Shown here piece after piece: positions 54,960 to 64,000 of a stretch of DNA of 64,000 nucleotides. How positions within the stretch are numbered: the first letter of the stretch is position 1; every line of letters starts with the position of its first letter. The translations under genes were made by a program, and so were the position numbers. The notes below the pieces were generated by a model, which worked only from the letters and a program-made list of their open reading frames with translations, made no database searches and had not been told where the DNA came from. The DNA lies in NCBI GenBank assembly GCA_024234735.1, contig JACKNV010000009.1, positions 75,162 to 139,161 of the forward strand. The letters are read 5' to 3'. Source of the stretch: Pseudomonadales bacterium (lineage in GTDB: Bacteria > Pseudomonadota > Gammaproteobacteria > Pseudomonadales > Halieaceae).

Positions 54960-56879
54960 ATGAAAAACATCGCCGCCGCCTCGCTGCTGGCCGCCCTGGC
55001 AACCGCCGCCGGCCCGGGCGTGTACGCCCAGGTCAACCCCACCGAACAGGATCGCGACCTGCTGTCCCGGGAGTACACCGGCAAGGTTTACTCGCCCTAC
55101 GCCGAGCGCGATTTCGCCACCAACGTCTATTTCGGCGACACCCACCTGCACACCGACATGTCCATGGACGCCGGCGCCTTCGGCAACCGCCTGGGCATGG
55201 ACGAGGCCTACAAATTCGCCCGCGGCGAGCAGGTGAACTCCTCCAACGGCGGCCCGGTGCGCCTGTCCCGGCCGCTGGATTTCCTGGTGGTGGCGGACCA
55301 CTCGGACAACATGGGTTTCTTCCCCGACATGTTCGCCGGCAAGCCCTTCATCCTCGCGGACCCCACCGGCAAGAAATGGTACGACATGATCAAGCAGGGC
55401 AAGGGGGTGGACGTGGCGATCGAGCTGATCAGCCTGTTCTCCCAGGGCCAGTTTCCCAAGGCGCTGATCTATACCCCCGACTCGGCGCCCTACAAGGCGG
55501 CCTGGGCAGATACCGTCGCCGCGGCCGAACGCTATAACGACCCCGGGAAGTTCACCGCCTTTATCGGCTACGAGTGGACCTCACTGATCATGGGCAACAA
55601 TATGCACCGGGTGGTGGTCTACCGCGACGGCGGTGACAAGGGCGGGCAGATGGTGCCCTACACCACGGTGCCGCCCCTGGGCAGCCCCAACCCCCGCGAC
55701 CTGTGGAAGTGGCTGGCCGAGTATGAACAGAAAACCGGCGGCAACGTGCTGGCCATCGCCCACAACGGCAACCTGTCGAACGGCATCATGTTTCCCATCA
55801 GTGAGCAGTATGACGGCAAAAAGCTGGACGTGGACTACGTGACCCAGCGCGCCAACTGGGAGCCCCTGTACGAGGCCACCCAGATCAAGGGCGATGGCGA
55901 GGCCCACCCGCTGCTCTCGCCCAATGACGAGTTCGCCAATTACGAGACCTGGGATTTCGGCAACCTCGACCTGTCGGCCAAGAAGACCGACGCCATGCTC
56001 TCCGGGGAATACGCCCGCGAGGCGCTCAAGCGCGGCCTGCAACTGGAGGCCGAGCTGGGTACCAACCCCTACAAGTTCGGCATGATCGGCTCCACCGACA
56101 GCCACACCTCGCTGGCGGCGGTGCAGGAGGACAACTTCTTCGGCAAGCACTCCGGCGCGGAGCCTGCGCCGGAGCGCCTGACCCACGCCTTCATGAGCAA
56201 CGTCAACGGCACCATCATGGGCTGGCAGCAGGTGGCCTCCGGCCTGGCCGCGGTGTGGGCCAAGGAGAATACCCGCGAGGCCCTGTTCGACGCCATGGAA
56301 CGCAAGGAGGTCTACGCCACCACCGGGCCGCGCATGATGGTGCGCTTTTTCGGCGGCTGGGATTTCACCGACAAGGATCTGAACAACCGCGAGCCCGCCT
56401 TTGCCGGCTACGAAAGGGGCGTGCCCATGGGCGGCGACCTGCCGGCGGCGCAAGCCGGCAAGGCACCCAGCTTCCTGGTCTTCGCCCTGCGCGACCCCAT
56501 CGGCGGCAACCTCGACCGCATCCAGATCATCAAGGGCTGGTACGACGGCAAGAAGCAGCATGAGAAGGTGTACGACGTGGCCTGGTCGGGCGATCGCAAG
56601 CCGGGCAAGGATGGCAAGGTGCCCCCGGTGGGCAATACCGTGGATGCCAAGACCGCCTCCTGGACCAACACCATCGGCGCCTCCGAGCTGGGCGCGGTGT
56701 GGACCGACCCGGATTTCGATCCCGATCAGCGGGCCTTCTACTACGCCCGGGTGATCCAGATCCCCACCCCGCGCTGGTCCACCTATGACGCCTTCCGCTT
56801 CGGCGTGCCGCTTCCCGACGGCGCCCCCGTCGCCACCCAGGACCGGGCCTATACCTCACCCATCTGGTTCAACCCCTGA
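54960..56879 (+). CDS. secreted DUF3604 family protein (PHP-like metal-binding N terminus)
   Basis: Signal peptide. VYFGDTHLHTDMSMDA and VADHSDNMG are typical of DUF3604. Confidence 0.8.
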   Translation: MKNIAAASLLAALATAAGPGVYAQVNPTEQDRDLLSREYTGKVYSPYAERDFATNVYFGDTHLHTDMSMDAGAFGNRLGMDEAYKFARGEQVNSSNGGPVRLSRPLDFLVVADHSDNMGFFPDMFAGKPFILADPTGKKWYDMIKQGKGVDVAIELISLFSQGQFPKALIYTPDSAPYKAAWADTVAAAERYNDPGKFTAFIGYEWTSLIMGNNMHRVVVYRDGGDKGGQMVPYTTVPPLGSPNPRDLWKWLAEYEQKTGGNVLAIAHNGNLSNGIMFPISEQYDGKKLDVDYVTQRANWEPLYEATQIKGDGEAHPLLSPNDEFANYETWDFGNLDLSAKKTDAMLSGEYAREALKRGLQLEAELGTNPYKFGMIGSTDSHTSLAAVQEDNFFGKHSGAEPAPERLTHAFMSNVNGTIMGWQQVASGLAAVWAKENTREALFDAMERKEVYATTGPRMMVRFFGGWDFTDKDLNNREPAFAGYERGVPMGGDLPAAQAGKAPSFLVFALRDPIGGNLDRIQIIKGWYDGKKQHEKVYDVAWSGDRKPGKDGKVPPVGNTVDAKTASWTNTIGASELGAVWTDPDFDPDQRAFYYARVIQIPTPRWSTYDAFRFGVPLPDGAPVATQDRAYTSPIWFNP

Positions 56880-56888
56880 GGGGGTTGG

Positions 56889-57914
56889 TCAGCGCGCGGC
56901 CGCGGCGGCCGCGCTGAAAAACCGCCAGGTCACCTCCGCCCCATCCAGCTCATGGCTGGTGGGGCCCAGTATCCTGGGCAGGTTGAACACCGGGTGCGGC
57001 ACCGTATGCCCTCCTCCCCTGATCGTCACCAGGCTGACAGGCGGGCGCCCCGGAGCGAGCCATTCGGTGCTCTCCACCCGGGTGCCATCCCCGGGCACCC
57101 GGTCGTTCCAGACACGGTGCTCCCCGGCCCCCTCGTAGCCGGCCAGTTGCGCCCAGTAGACGGCCGTTTCCAGCGAAGACATCACCTCGCCCCGGCTGCG
57201 GTTGCCGAATATTTCCACCGTGCCGCCCTGGTAGGGGTTAACCGGGTCGTCGGTCCCGTTCATGACCAGGGCGGCCACCGCCTTCCCGGAGGGCCGGCAA
57301 TCCGACCCCGCGGGTACCGGCAGGCTGGCGGCCATGGCGGCAATTCCGGCCACCAGGTCGGGCGCTTCCAGGCCCAGGCGATAGGCCATCTGGCCACCAT
57401 TGGACAGGCCGACGGCAAATACCCGGGCGGGATCGACGCCCTGCTCCGCCTCCATGTGTACCACCAGGGCCCGCAGGAAGCCGACGTCGTCGATATTCTC
57501 GCGGTTGGCGGCATAGTCGGCGCCGGCGCGGCAGTCGTTCCAGTGGCGCTGGTAGCCGTCGGGATAGACCACGACAAAGCCGTGGCGCTCGGCCAGCACG
57601 TCGAAGCCAAAGCGGGTCAGCTCGCGCATTCCCTCGCCATCGCCTCGCGAGCCGTGCATCACCAGCAGCAGCGCGGGCCGTTCGGCCTTTGCCGCGGGAA
57701 TATAGGCCAGCCAGCTGCGCTGCCTGTCGCCGTGAACCATCACCCCGCGCTCGCTGGTTCCGGGGAGGGCCGGCGGCTCCATGGAGTCGGCGCGCAGATA
57801 CCACCACCAACCCAGCACCGCCGCCAGCAGGATAACCACTACCGCCAGGACAACGACCCTGAGTAATCTGCGCACACCTCGCCCCTCGCCTAACACCGGC
57901 CAGTTGCCAACCAC
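56889..57914 (-). CDS. PHB depolymerase family esterase (LpqC-like)
   Basis: N-terminal TM/signal region, LLVMHGSRGDGEGM, and nucleophile elbow GLSNGGQMAYRL. Confidence 0.8.
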   Translation of the reverse strand: MVGNWPVLGEGRGVRRLLRVVVLAVVVILLAAVLGWWWYLRADSMEPPALPGTSERGVMVHGDRQRSWLAYIPAAKAERPALLLVMHGSRGDGEGMRELTRFGFDVLAERHGFVVVYPDGYQRHWNDCRAGADYAANRENIDDVGFLRALVVHMEAEQGVDPARVFAVGLSNGGQMAYRLGLEAPDLVAGIAAMAASLPVPAGSDCRPSGKAVAALVMNGTDDPVNPYQGGTVEIFGNRSRGEVMSSLETAVYWAQLAGYEGAGEHRVWNDRVPGDGTRVESTEWLAPGRPPVSLVTIRGGGHTVPHPVFNLPRILGPTSHELDGAEVTWRFFSAAAAAAR

Positions 57915-57937
57915 TGCGCAAAGTCTAGACTCAAACC

Positions 57938-58681
57938 ATGGTGTTTGGATATAGCAAACGGTGCGCGGCGCCAGGACTGCTAGGGTTTGTTCTGATGATG
58001 TCTATACACAGCAACGCGGGGGCGCCGCCCCCGGAGCGCGAGGCCATGCTCGAGGCCATCGCCACCTCGGTGCGCGAATCGCGCAGCTATACCGGCCTGG
58101 AAGCACTGGCCCCGCGGGTGATGGCGGCCATGGCGGCGGTTCCCCGGGAGGAGTTCGTGCCACCCGCCTACCGGCACCGCGCCTACGACAACACGCCGCT
58201 GCCCATCGCCGCCGGCCAGACGATTTCCCAGCCCCTCATCGTGGCCCTGATGACCCACCTGCTGGACCCACAGCCCGATGATGTCGTGCTGGAGGTCGGC
58301 ACCGGCTCCGGCTACCAGGCCGCGGTGCTGTCAGGGCTGGTGAAACAGGTGTACGGTGTGGAGATCGTTGCCGAGCTGGCCACCGGGGCCGCCGCGGTCC
58401 TGGCGCGACTCGGCTACGCCAACGTCACCGTACGCGCCGGCGACGGCTACGCCGGCTGGCCCGAGCACGCCCCCTTCGACGCCATAGTCGTCACCGCCGC
58501 CGCGCCGCAGATTCCGCCGCCGCTGCTGCAACAACTGAAACCCGGCGGCCGGCTGGTGATCCCCGTGGGCGAGCAACACGGTTACCAGGAACTGCTGCTG
58601 ATAAGCGTGGACGAAAACGGCCAGGTCAGTGAGCGCGCGATGCTGCCGGTGCGCTTCGTGCCGCTGACCGGGGAGCGCTGA
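57938..58681 (+). CDS. pcm: protein-L-isoaspartate O-methyltransferase
   Basis: QTISQPLIVALMTHLL and VLEVGTGSGYQAAVL motifs. Unusually, it has a signal-like N terminus. Confidence 0.88.
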   Translation: MVFGYSKRCAAPGLLGFVLMMSIHSNAGAPPPEREAMLEAIATSVRESRSYTGLEALAPRVMAAMAAVPREEFVPPAYRHRAYDNTPLPIAAGQTISQPLIVALMTHLLDPQPDDVVLEVGTGSGYQAAVLSGLVKQVYGVEIVAELATGAAAVLARLGYANVTVRAGDGYAGWPEHAPFDAIVVTAAAPQIPPPLLQQLKPGGRLVIPVGEQHGYQELLLISVDENGQVSERAMLPVRFVPLTGER

Positions 58682-58712
58682 ACTGCGTGGCACTCAAGGT
58701 GGACGATAGAGG

Positions 58713-58820
58713 CATCGAACCTGGGAGGTATTTGCGGGACCGTTGAGCGCATGGACGCGCGAAACGAGCCTACATGGATGTATTCACGGCGAGTCCCGGA
58801 AATACCTCCCAGGTTTGATG
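58713..58820. repeat. long inverted repeat (28-bp arms, 52-bp spacer) between convergent pcm and argG
   Basis: Arms are CATCGAACCTGGGAGGTATTTGCGGGAC (58713-58740) and GTCCCGGAAATACCTCCCAGGTTTGATG (58793-58820). 26 of 28 positions are complementary. Confidence 0.85.
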
Positions 58821-58853
58821 CCGCCTGCCACTAACCGGCCATCAAACAGGTGG

Positions 58854-60074
58854 TCACAGCGGTGAACGCCCCTTGTTCGCCGCAATCCGCATACGCAGGG
58901 CATTGAGCTTGATGAAGCCCTCCGCATCCTTCTGGTTGTAGGCTCCCGCGTCCTCCTCGAACGTGGCGATACTCTCGTCGAACAGACTGTCGGCCGACTG
59001 GCGGCCGGCAACGATCACATTGCCCTTGTACAGCTTCAGCCGTACCTTGCCGTTCACCACCTGCTGGGAGTTGTCGATCGCCGCCTGCAGCATCCTGCGC
59101 TCCGGCGACCACCAGTAACCGTTGTAGATCATGTTGGCGTAGCGCGGCATCAACTCGTCCTTGAGGTGCGCGACCTCGCGATCCAGGGTGAGCGACTCGA
59201 TGGCGCGGTGCGCCTTGAGCATGATGGTGCCGCCGGGGGTCTCGTAGCAACCCCGCGACTTCATACCCACATAGCGGTTTTCCACGATGTCGTCGCGGCC
59301 GATGCCGTTGGCGCCGCCTACCTTGTTGAGCGTTTCCAGCACCGTGGCCGGCGTCATGGCCTGCCCGTCCAGAGCGACGATGTCGCCGTGCCGGTATTCC
59401 AGCTCGATGTAGGTGGGCGTGTCGGGCGCCGCTTCCGGGCTCACGCTCCAGCGCCACATGTCCTCCTCGGCCTCCGCCCAGGGATCTTCCAGAATGCCCC
59501 CCTCGTAGGAGATATGCAGCAGGTTGGCATCCATGGAGTATGGTGATTTCTTCTTCGCGGTGGAGAAATCCACCGGGATATCGCGCTCCCTGCAGTAGGC
59601 CATCAGGGTTTCGCGGGAGGTCATGTCCCACTCGCGCCACGGCGCGATTACCTTGATCCCCGGCTTCAGCGCGTAGGCGCCCAGCTCGAAGCGCACCTGG
59701 TCATTGCCCTTGCCGGTGGCGCCATGGGAGATGGCATCGGCGCCGGTCTCGTTGGCAATCTCGATCAGGCGCTTGGCGATCAGCGGGCGGGCAATGGAGG
59801 TGCCCAGCAGGTACTCGCCCTCGTAGATGGTGTTGGCGCGGAACATGGGGAACACGAAGTCGCGCACGAACTCCTCGCGCAGGTCGTCTATGTAGATCTC
59901 CCTGACCCCCAACGCCTCGGCCTTGGCCCGGGCCGGCTCTACCTCCTCGCCCTGGCCGATATCGGCGGTGAAGGTCACCACCTCGCACTGGTAGTTATCC
60001 TGCAGCCAACGCACGATAACCGAGGTGTCCAGGCCGCCCGAATAGGCCAGGACCACTTTCTTTATGTCTGACAT
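58854..60074 (-). CDS. argG: argininosuccinate synthase
   Basis: ORF track gives 58854-60101. Start moved to [18 protein letters not shown], the ATP-binding motif. Confidence 0.95.
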   Translation of the reverse strand: MSDIKKVVLAYSGGLDTSVIVRWLQDNYQCEVVTFTADIGQGEEVEPARAKAEALGVREIYIDDLREEFVRDFVFPMFRANTIYEGEYLLGTSIARPLIAKRLIEIANETGADAISHGATGKGNDQVRFELGAYALKPGIKVIAPWREWDMTSRETLMAYCRERDIPVDFSTAKKKSPYSMDANLLHISYEGGILEDPWAEAEEDMWRWSVSPEAAPDTPTYIELEYRHGDIVALDGQAMTPATVLETLNKVGGANGIGRDDIVENRYVGMKSRGCYETPGGTIMLKAHRAIESLTLDREVAHLKDELMPRYANMIYNGYWWSPERRMLQAAIDNSQQVVNGKVRLKLYKGNVIVAGRQSADSLFDESIATFEEDAGAYNQKDAEGFIKLNALRMRIAANKGRSPL

Positions 60075-60205
60075 GCCACGCTCCATGAATGCTGTGCCCA
60101 AAAGCGGGCCATTTTACTCTCCGGCGGCGCCGATTCCCAGCGGCAGGCGCCCTGCCCGCGCCCGGCGGCGGCCCCTTGTTTCCGCTGCGCCGGCTTTGCG
60201 GTAGC

Positions 60206-61291
60206 ATGCACATTCTGTTTTCCAGCCACAGGCCCATCGTGACCACACTCACCATCACCCGCCCGGACGACTGGCACGTGCACCTGCGGGACGGTGCCGC
60301 CCTGCGCCACACCTGCGCCGACATGGCCCGTTATTTCGGTCGCGCCATCGTCATGCCCAACCTGACCCCGCCGGTGACCACGGTGGCCGAGGCGGCGGCT
60401 TACCGGCAGCGCATCCTGGCATCCATGCAGGGCCTGCCGCGCCAGTTCGAACCGCTGATGACCCTGTACCTCACGGACCGCACCGCCCCGGCCGATATCC
60501 GCCAGGCGGCGCAGGCGGAGTTCGTGCACGCGGTCAAACTGTACCCGGCCGGCGCCACCACCAATTCCGCGGCCGGTGTCGCCCACCTGGAGGCCCTTCA
60601 TCCCACCTTCGCGGCAATGGAAGAAGCCGACCTGCCGCTGCTGGTGCACGGCGAGGTCACCGACCCCGAGGTGGATATTTTCGACCGCGAGAAGGTGTTC
60701 ATCGATCGCCACCTGGCCCCTATCGTGCAGCGCTTCCCGGGTCTGCGTGTGGTGCTGGAACACATCACCACCCGCGATGCAGTGGGCTTCGTGCGTGCGG
60801 CGGGCGAGCGCGTGGCGGCGACCATCACCGCCCACCACCTGTTGTTCAACCGCAACGACATGCTGGTCGGTGGCATCCGCCCCCACTACTACTGCCTGCC
60901 CATACTCAAGCGCAATATCCACCAGGCGGCCCTGCTGGAGGTCGCGACCTCCGGGCACCCGCGCTTCTTCCTGGGTACGGATTCCGCCCCCCACAGCACC
61001 GCCAACAAGGAAACCAGCTGTGGCTGCGCCGGGGTATACAGCGCCCACAATGCCATCGAACTGTATGCGGAGGCGTTTGCGGGTCTGGGAGCGCTCGACC
61101 GGCTGGAGGACTTCGCCTCCCATTTCGGCGCGGATTTTTACCGCCTGCCGCGCAATGCCGACACCATCACCCTGGCGCCCGGGAGCTGGCAGGTGCCCGC
61201 GCAGTTGCCCCTGGGAGAGGGCTCCCTCACCCCGCTGCGCGCCGGCGAAACAGTGGCCTGGCGGGTGCTGGACCAGGGCGGCGACTCTTGA
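60206..61291 (+). CDS. pyrC: dihydroorotase (homodimeric type)
   Basis: [12 protein letters not shown] motif. The start is uncertain: ATG 60206 or GTG 60239. The ORF track start at 60089 is unlikely. Confidence 0.9.
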   Translation: MHILFSSHRPIVTTLTITRPDDWHVHLRDGAALRHTCADMARYFGRAIVMPNLTPPVTTVAEAAAYRQRILASMQGLPRQFEPLMTLYLTDRTAPADIRQAAQAEFVHAVKLYPAGATTNSAAGVAHLEALHPTFAAMEEADLPLLVHGEVTDPEVDIFDREKVFIDRHLAPIVQRFPGLRVVLEHITTRDAVGFVRAAGERVAATITAHHLLFNRNDMLVGGIRPHYYCLPILKRNIHQAALLEVATSGHPRFFLGTDSAPHSTANKETSCGCAGVYSAHNAIELYAEAFAGLGALDRLEDFASHFGADFYRLPRNADTITLAPGSWQVPAQLPLGEGSLTPLRAGETVAWRVLDQGGDS

Positions 61292-61929
61292 GCGAAACCG
61301 CCGAGCACCGTATTTGCGAACGCTTTCGCGGCTTCCTGCCGGTGATTGTCGATGTCGAGACCGGCGGCTTCATCGCTGCGACCGACGCCATCCTGGAGAT
61401 TGCCGCCACCACGGTGCGCATGGACGAGGACGGCATGCTGGCGGTGCACCGCACCCACGACTTCCACGTGCAGCCCTTCGAGGGCGCCAATATCGAGCAG
61501 TCGGCACTGGATTTCACCGGCATAGATCCCTGGCACCCGTTCCGCCAGGCGATCACCGAAGCGCAGGCACTGGACGAATTGTTCCGCGCACTGCGCAAGG
61601 AGATCCGCGAGCAGAACTGTACCCGGGCCATTCTGGTGGGCCACAATGCCCACTTCGACGCGGGCTTCATCAACGCCGCGGTGGAGCGCTGCGGCATCAA
61701 GCGCAACCCCTTCCACCCGTTTTCCTTTTTCGATACCGCCACCCTCTCGGGGCTGGCCTACGGCCAGACCGTCCTGGCCAAGGCCTGCGCGGAGGCGGGT
61801 ATCAGCTTCGATAACAGCGAGGCGCACTCGGCCGCCTATGATGCCGAGCGCACTGCGGAGCTGTTCTGCGAGATCGTCAATCGCTGGAAGGAGTGTGGCG
61901 GCTGGACACCTGACTTCAGCGGCGACTGA
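61288..61929 (+). CDS. rnt: ribonuclease T
   Basis: DEDDh exonuclease with [11 protein letters not shown] and [14 protein letters not shown] motifs. Confidence 0.92.
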   Translation: MSETAEHRICERFRGFLPVIVDVETGGFIAATDAILEIAATTVRMDEDGMLAVHRTHDFHVQPFEGANIEQSALDFTGIDPWHPFRQAITEAQALDELFRALRKEIREQNCTRAILVGHNAHFDAGFINAAVERCGIKRNPFHPFSFFDTATLSGLAYGQTVLAKACAEAGISFDNSEAHSAAYDAERTAELFCEIVNRWKECGGWTPDFSGD

Positions 61930-61940
61930 AGCGCCACGAC

Positions 61941-62555
61941 CTAGTCGGGCGCCTCCAGCGACTGCTCCGCGCCGATCTGGTTGAGGATGGCATCGAGCTC
62001 TTCCAGCAGCGCATGGACCTCATCCAGCCCCAGCAGGCGGTACTTGACCGCCTCTTCCAGGGGCAGCAGTTGCAGCAGCGTGTAAGCCACCTGCCAGGCA
62101 TCGTCATAATCCGGTTGCAGGGCCATGCGCTGCACATGGGGGTGGGCCTGCAGGCTGCGCAGCACCTGGGGCAGCTGCTCCCAGCGCGGCGCCATCCGGG
62201 CGGCCGGGAGAGCCGCTCGCAGGGAGACCTCGCCTACCAGCAGCCCGCTGGCGCGCTCCGAGGTGGCATGCAGGTCGAAGCGCCGACCGCCCTCGATGGT
62301 GACCCCCAGCAGGCCGTTGGGTAACTGATCCCAGTCCACGATGCGGGCGCTGGTGCCGTAGTCTCCCAGTTGCGGGGCCGCCGCGCCCCTGACCGCCACC
62401 TCGGCACCGCGGCGAATCCACACCACGCCAAAGGGGCTGTCGTTCTTCATGCTGTCGCGCACCAGGTCCAGGTAACGCTGCTCGAAAATCTGCAGCGGCA
62501 TCTTCCCGTAGGGCAACAACACCCCCGACAGCGGGAACAGCGGCAGCTCGGTCAC
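61941..62555 (-). CDS. LON substrate-binding (LON N-terminal) domain protein
   Basis: ORF track gives 61941-62819. GTG 62555, behind GGAGGG, gives VTELPLFPLSGVLLPYGKMPLQIFEQRYLDL. Confidence 0.8.
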   Translation of the reverse strand: MTELPLFPLSGVLLPYGKMPLQIFEQRYLDLVRDSMKNDSPFGVVWIRRGAEVAVRGAAAPQLGDYGTSARIVDWDQLPNGLLGVTIEGGRRFDLHATSERASGLLVGEVSLRAALPAARMAPRWEQLPQVLRSLQAHPHVQRMALQPDYDDAWQVAYTLLQLLPLEEAVKYRLLGLDEVHALLEELDAILNQIGAEQSLEAPD

Positions 62556-62824
62556 GCGCCCTCCACGCCGGCAGGCCGGGTGTCGTGCTCCAGCGCCGCC
62601 AGCAACGCCAGTGCCTGTTCGCGGTTGTCGCCGCACACCGCGGGCTCGGCCAGAAACTGGCCGCAGCACTGCGGCCGCCGGGGGTCGCCGAACAACTGGC
62701 AGCGGCGCTCCCGGTCCAGGTGCACGCAAGTCTCTCCCGCCGGTTTGCCGCGGGGCATGCCGAAAAAGGGCTGGCTGATGGCGGGCGCCACGCAACAGGC
62801 GCCACAGTGCGGGCGGCACTGCAT
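62552..62824 (-). CDS. YkgJ-family cysteine-cluster protein
   Basis: ORF track gives 62552-63241. Start moved to MQCRPHCGACCVAP, whose ATG overlaps the upstream TGA. It has a CxxCGxCC-type cluster plus distal Cys residues. Confidence 0.75.
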   Translation of the reverse strand: MQCRPHCGACCVAPAISQPFFGMPRGKPAGETCVHLDRERRCQLFGDPRRPQCCGQFLAEPAVCGDNREQALALLAALEHDTRPAGVEGA

Positions 62825-64000
62825 CAGGCGCTCTCCGGCCCCAGCGGTTTCACCAGCACGATGAGTAGCGGCAGCAGCAGCAGCGCGCCCAGCACGGCGG
62901 CCACCATGGCCAGCACGGTGAGCAGCCCGAAATAGATGCTGGGGTTGAAATTCGACAGGGTCAGCATGGAAAACCCCACGACCACGGTGACGGTGGTGTA
63001 GTACATCGCCCGGCCGATACTGTTGTGGCAGCGGTACATGGTGGCCCTGTAATTGCGATCCACCGGAAATTCGGCAATAAAGCGGTGCACGTAGTGAATG
63101 CAGTCGTCCACGCCGATACCGACCACGATCGCCGCAATGGTGATGGTCATGATATCCAGCGGGATGCCCATCAGCCCCATGATACCCAGCACCAGGCCCG
63201 CCGCCAGCAGATTGGGGGCCAGCGCGATCAGCGCCAGCCACAGGGAGCGGAACAGCACGAGGAACATCAGCAGGATCGCCAGGAACACCGCCCCCAGGGT
63301 GAGGATCTGGGACTTGAACAGGCTCTGCAGCACGTTGTTGTACAGCACCAGCATGCCGGTGAAGCGAATGCGCTCGGGGGCGATGCCCAGCTTGGTTTCC
63401 AGGGAGCTGCGCAGGTCCTTGAGAAACTGGTCGCGGCGCAAATCCTTGCTGGTTTCCATGACCCGCACCGTGACCCGCGCCTGCTCCCGCTCGCGGGAAA
63501 AATACGGATCGACCATCATCGCGCTGACATCCGGCGGCAGGCTCTTCTGCACCAGGGCGAGTTCGACACTGCCCACGTCCTCGCCCAGCAGGTTTTTCAC
63601 CACCGCGAATACTGTCGACAGGGACAACACCTTGCCGGTCTCCGGCTGCGCATCGACAAAATGGTGTACCGCGTCCAGCTCGCGCATACCCTGCAGGCTG
63701 AACCAGTAACTGGGGGTGAAGGATTCCCCGGCAGTTTCGAAATCGTCCACGTCGCTGGCGAACTCATCTTCCCACTCGTCCTCCCAGCCATCCCCCGCCT
63801 CGTCCGCGGCGCCGGGCGGCGGAGCGAAATCCTGGCTGTCACCGGCGAAGGGGTCGTCCTCCGCCACGGGCGCCGCCCGCGTCCCGGCGACCGGCTCCAG
63901 GCCCGGCAGGGGCTCGTCCATGTCCAGCGGCTCGAGAATGATATCCAGGGGAATGGTGCCGCCGAGCTTTGAATCCAGCAACTCCATCCCCTGGTAGATC
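62824..64000 (-). CDS. MMPL/RND-superfamily transporter, C-terminal part (5' end outside window)
   Basis: The frame is open to the window edge. The C-terminal six-helix bundle reads ALIALAPNLLAAGLVLGIMGLMGIPLDIMTITIAAIVVGIGVDDCIHYVHRF. Confidence 0.8.
   Translation of the reverse strand, partial: IYQGMELLDSKLGGTIPLDIILEPLDMDEPLPGLEPVAGTRAAPVAEDDPFAGDSQDFAPPPGAADEAGDGWEDEWEDEFASDVDDFETAGESFTPSYWFSLQGMRELDAVHHFVDAQPETGKVLSLSTVFAVVKNLLGEDVGSVELALVQKSLPPDVSAMMVDPYFSREREQARVTVRVMETSKDLRRDQFLKDLRSSLETKLGIAPERIRFTGMLVLYNNVLQSLFKSQILTLGAVFLAILLMFLVLFRSLWLALIALAPNLLAAGLVLGIMGLMGIPLDIMTITIAAIVVGIGVDDCIHYVHRFIAEFPVDRNYRATMYRCHNSIGRAMYYTTVTVVVGFSMLTLSNFNPSIYFGLLTVLAMVAAVLGALLLLPLLIVLVKPLGPESA

Overview
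High-G+C proteobacterial chromosome segment with gammaproteobacterium-like synteny: cmoA-cmoB, lon, miaB-ybeZ-ybeY-corC-lnt, leuS-lptE-holA, argG/pyrC/rnt. Most long GC-rich ORFs in the track are antisense or out-of-frame artefacts of real genes. About 75 CDS can be supported. No rRNA, tRNA or CRISPR was seen.

The main result is in the 32-55 kb region. The SOS mutagenesis cassette imuA / imuB / dnaE2 lies on the + strand in canonical order but is split into three pieces. Each piece has its own near-consensus LexA box (CTGT-N8-ACAG).

Between imuB and dnaE2 sit 16 kb of exclusively minus-strand genes. The right-hand 12 kb (about 39.7-51.7 kb) is visibly AT-richer and has the architecture of a decayed sedentary chromosomal integron:
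- an intI remnant on the + strand, with an internal deletion, a stop codon and a frameshift;
- an attI/first-cassette junction;
- more than 20 small unrelated minus-strand cassette ORFs;
- at least 7 attC-like imperfect inverted repeats (RYYYAAC...GTTRRRY);
- a RelE/ParE-type toxin-antitoxin cassette with its own promoter/operator;
- truncated cassettes and an IS3-family insertion.

Other points worth a second look:
- a cytochrome c / Tat-exported thiamine-diphosphate enzyme / orphan protein operon;
- a translationally coupled four-gene envelope module ending in a symporter fused to a solute-binding domain;
- short tandem repeats at the holA stop and after imuA;
- a 28-bp inverted repeat between pcm and argG;
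- two homologous ~45-bp intergenic elements in the GC-rich block.

All family assignments come from motif recognition by eye, not database searches. Hand-counted coordinates of small sites are good to about +/-2 nt.
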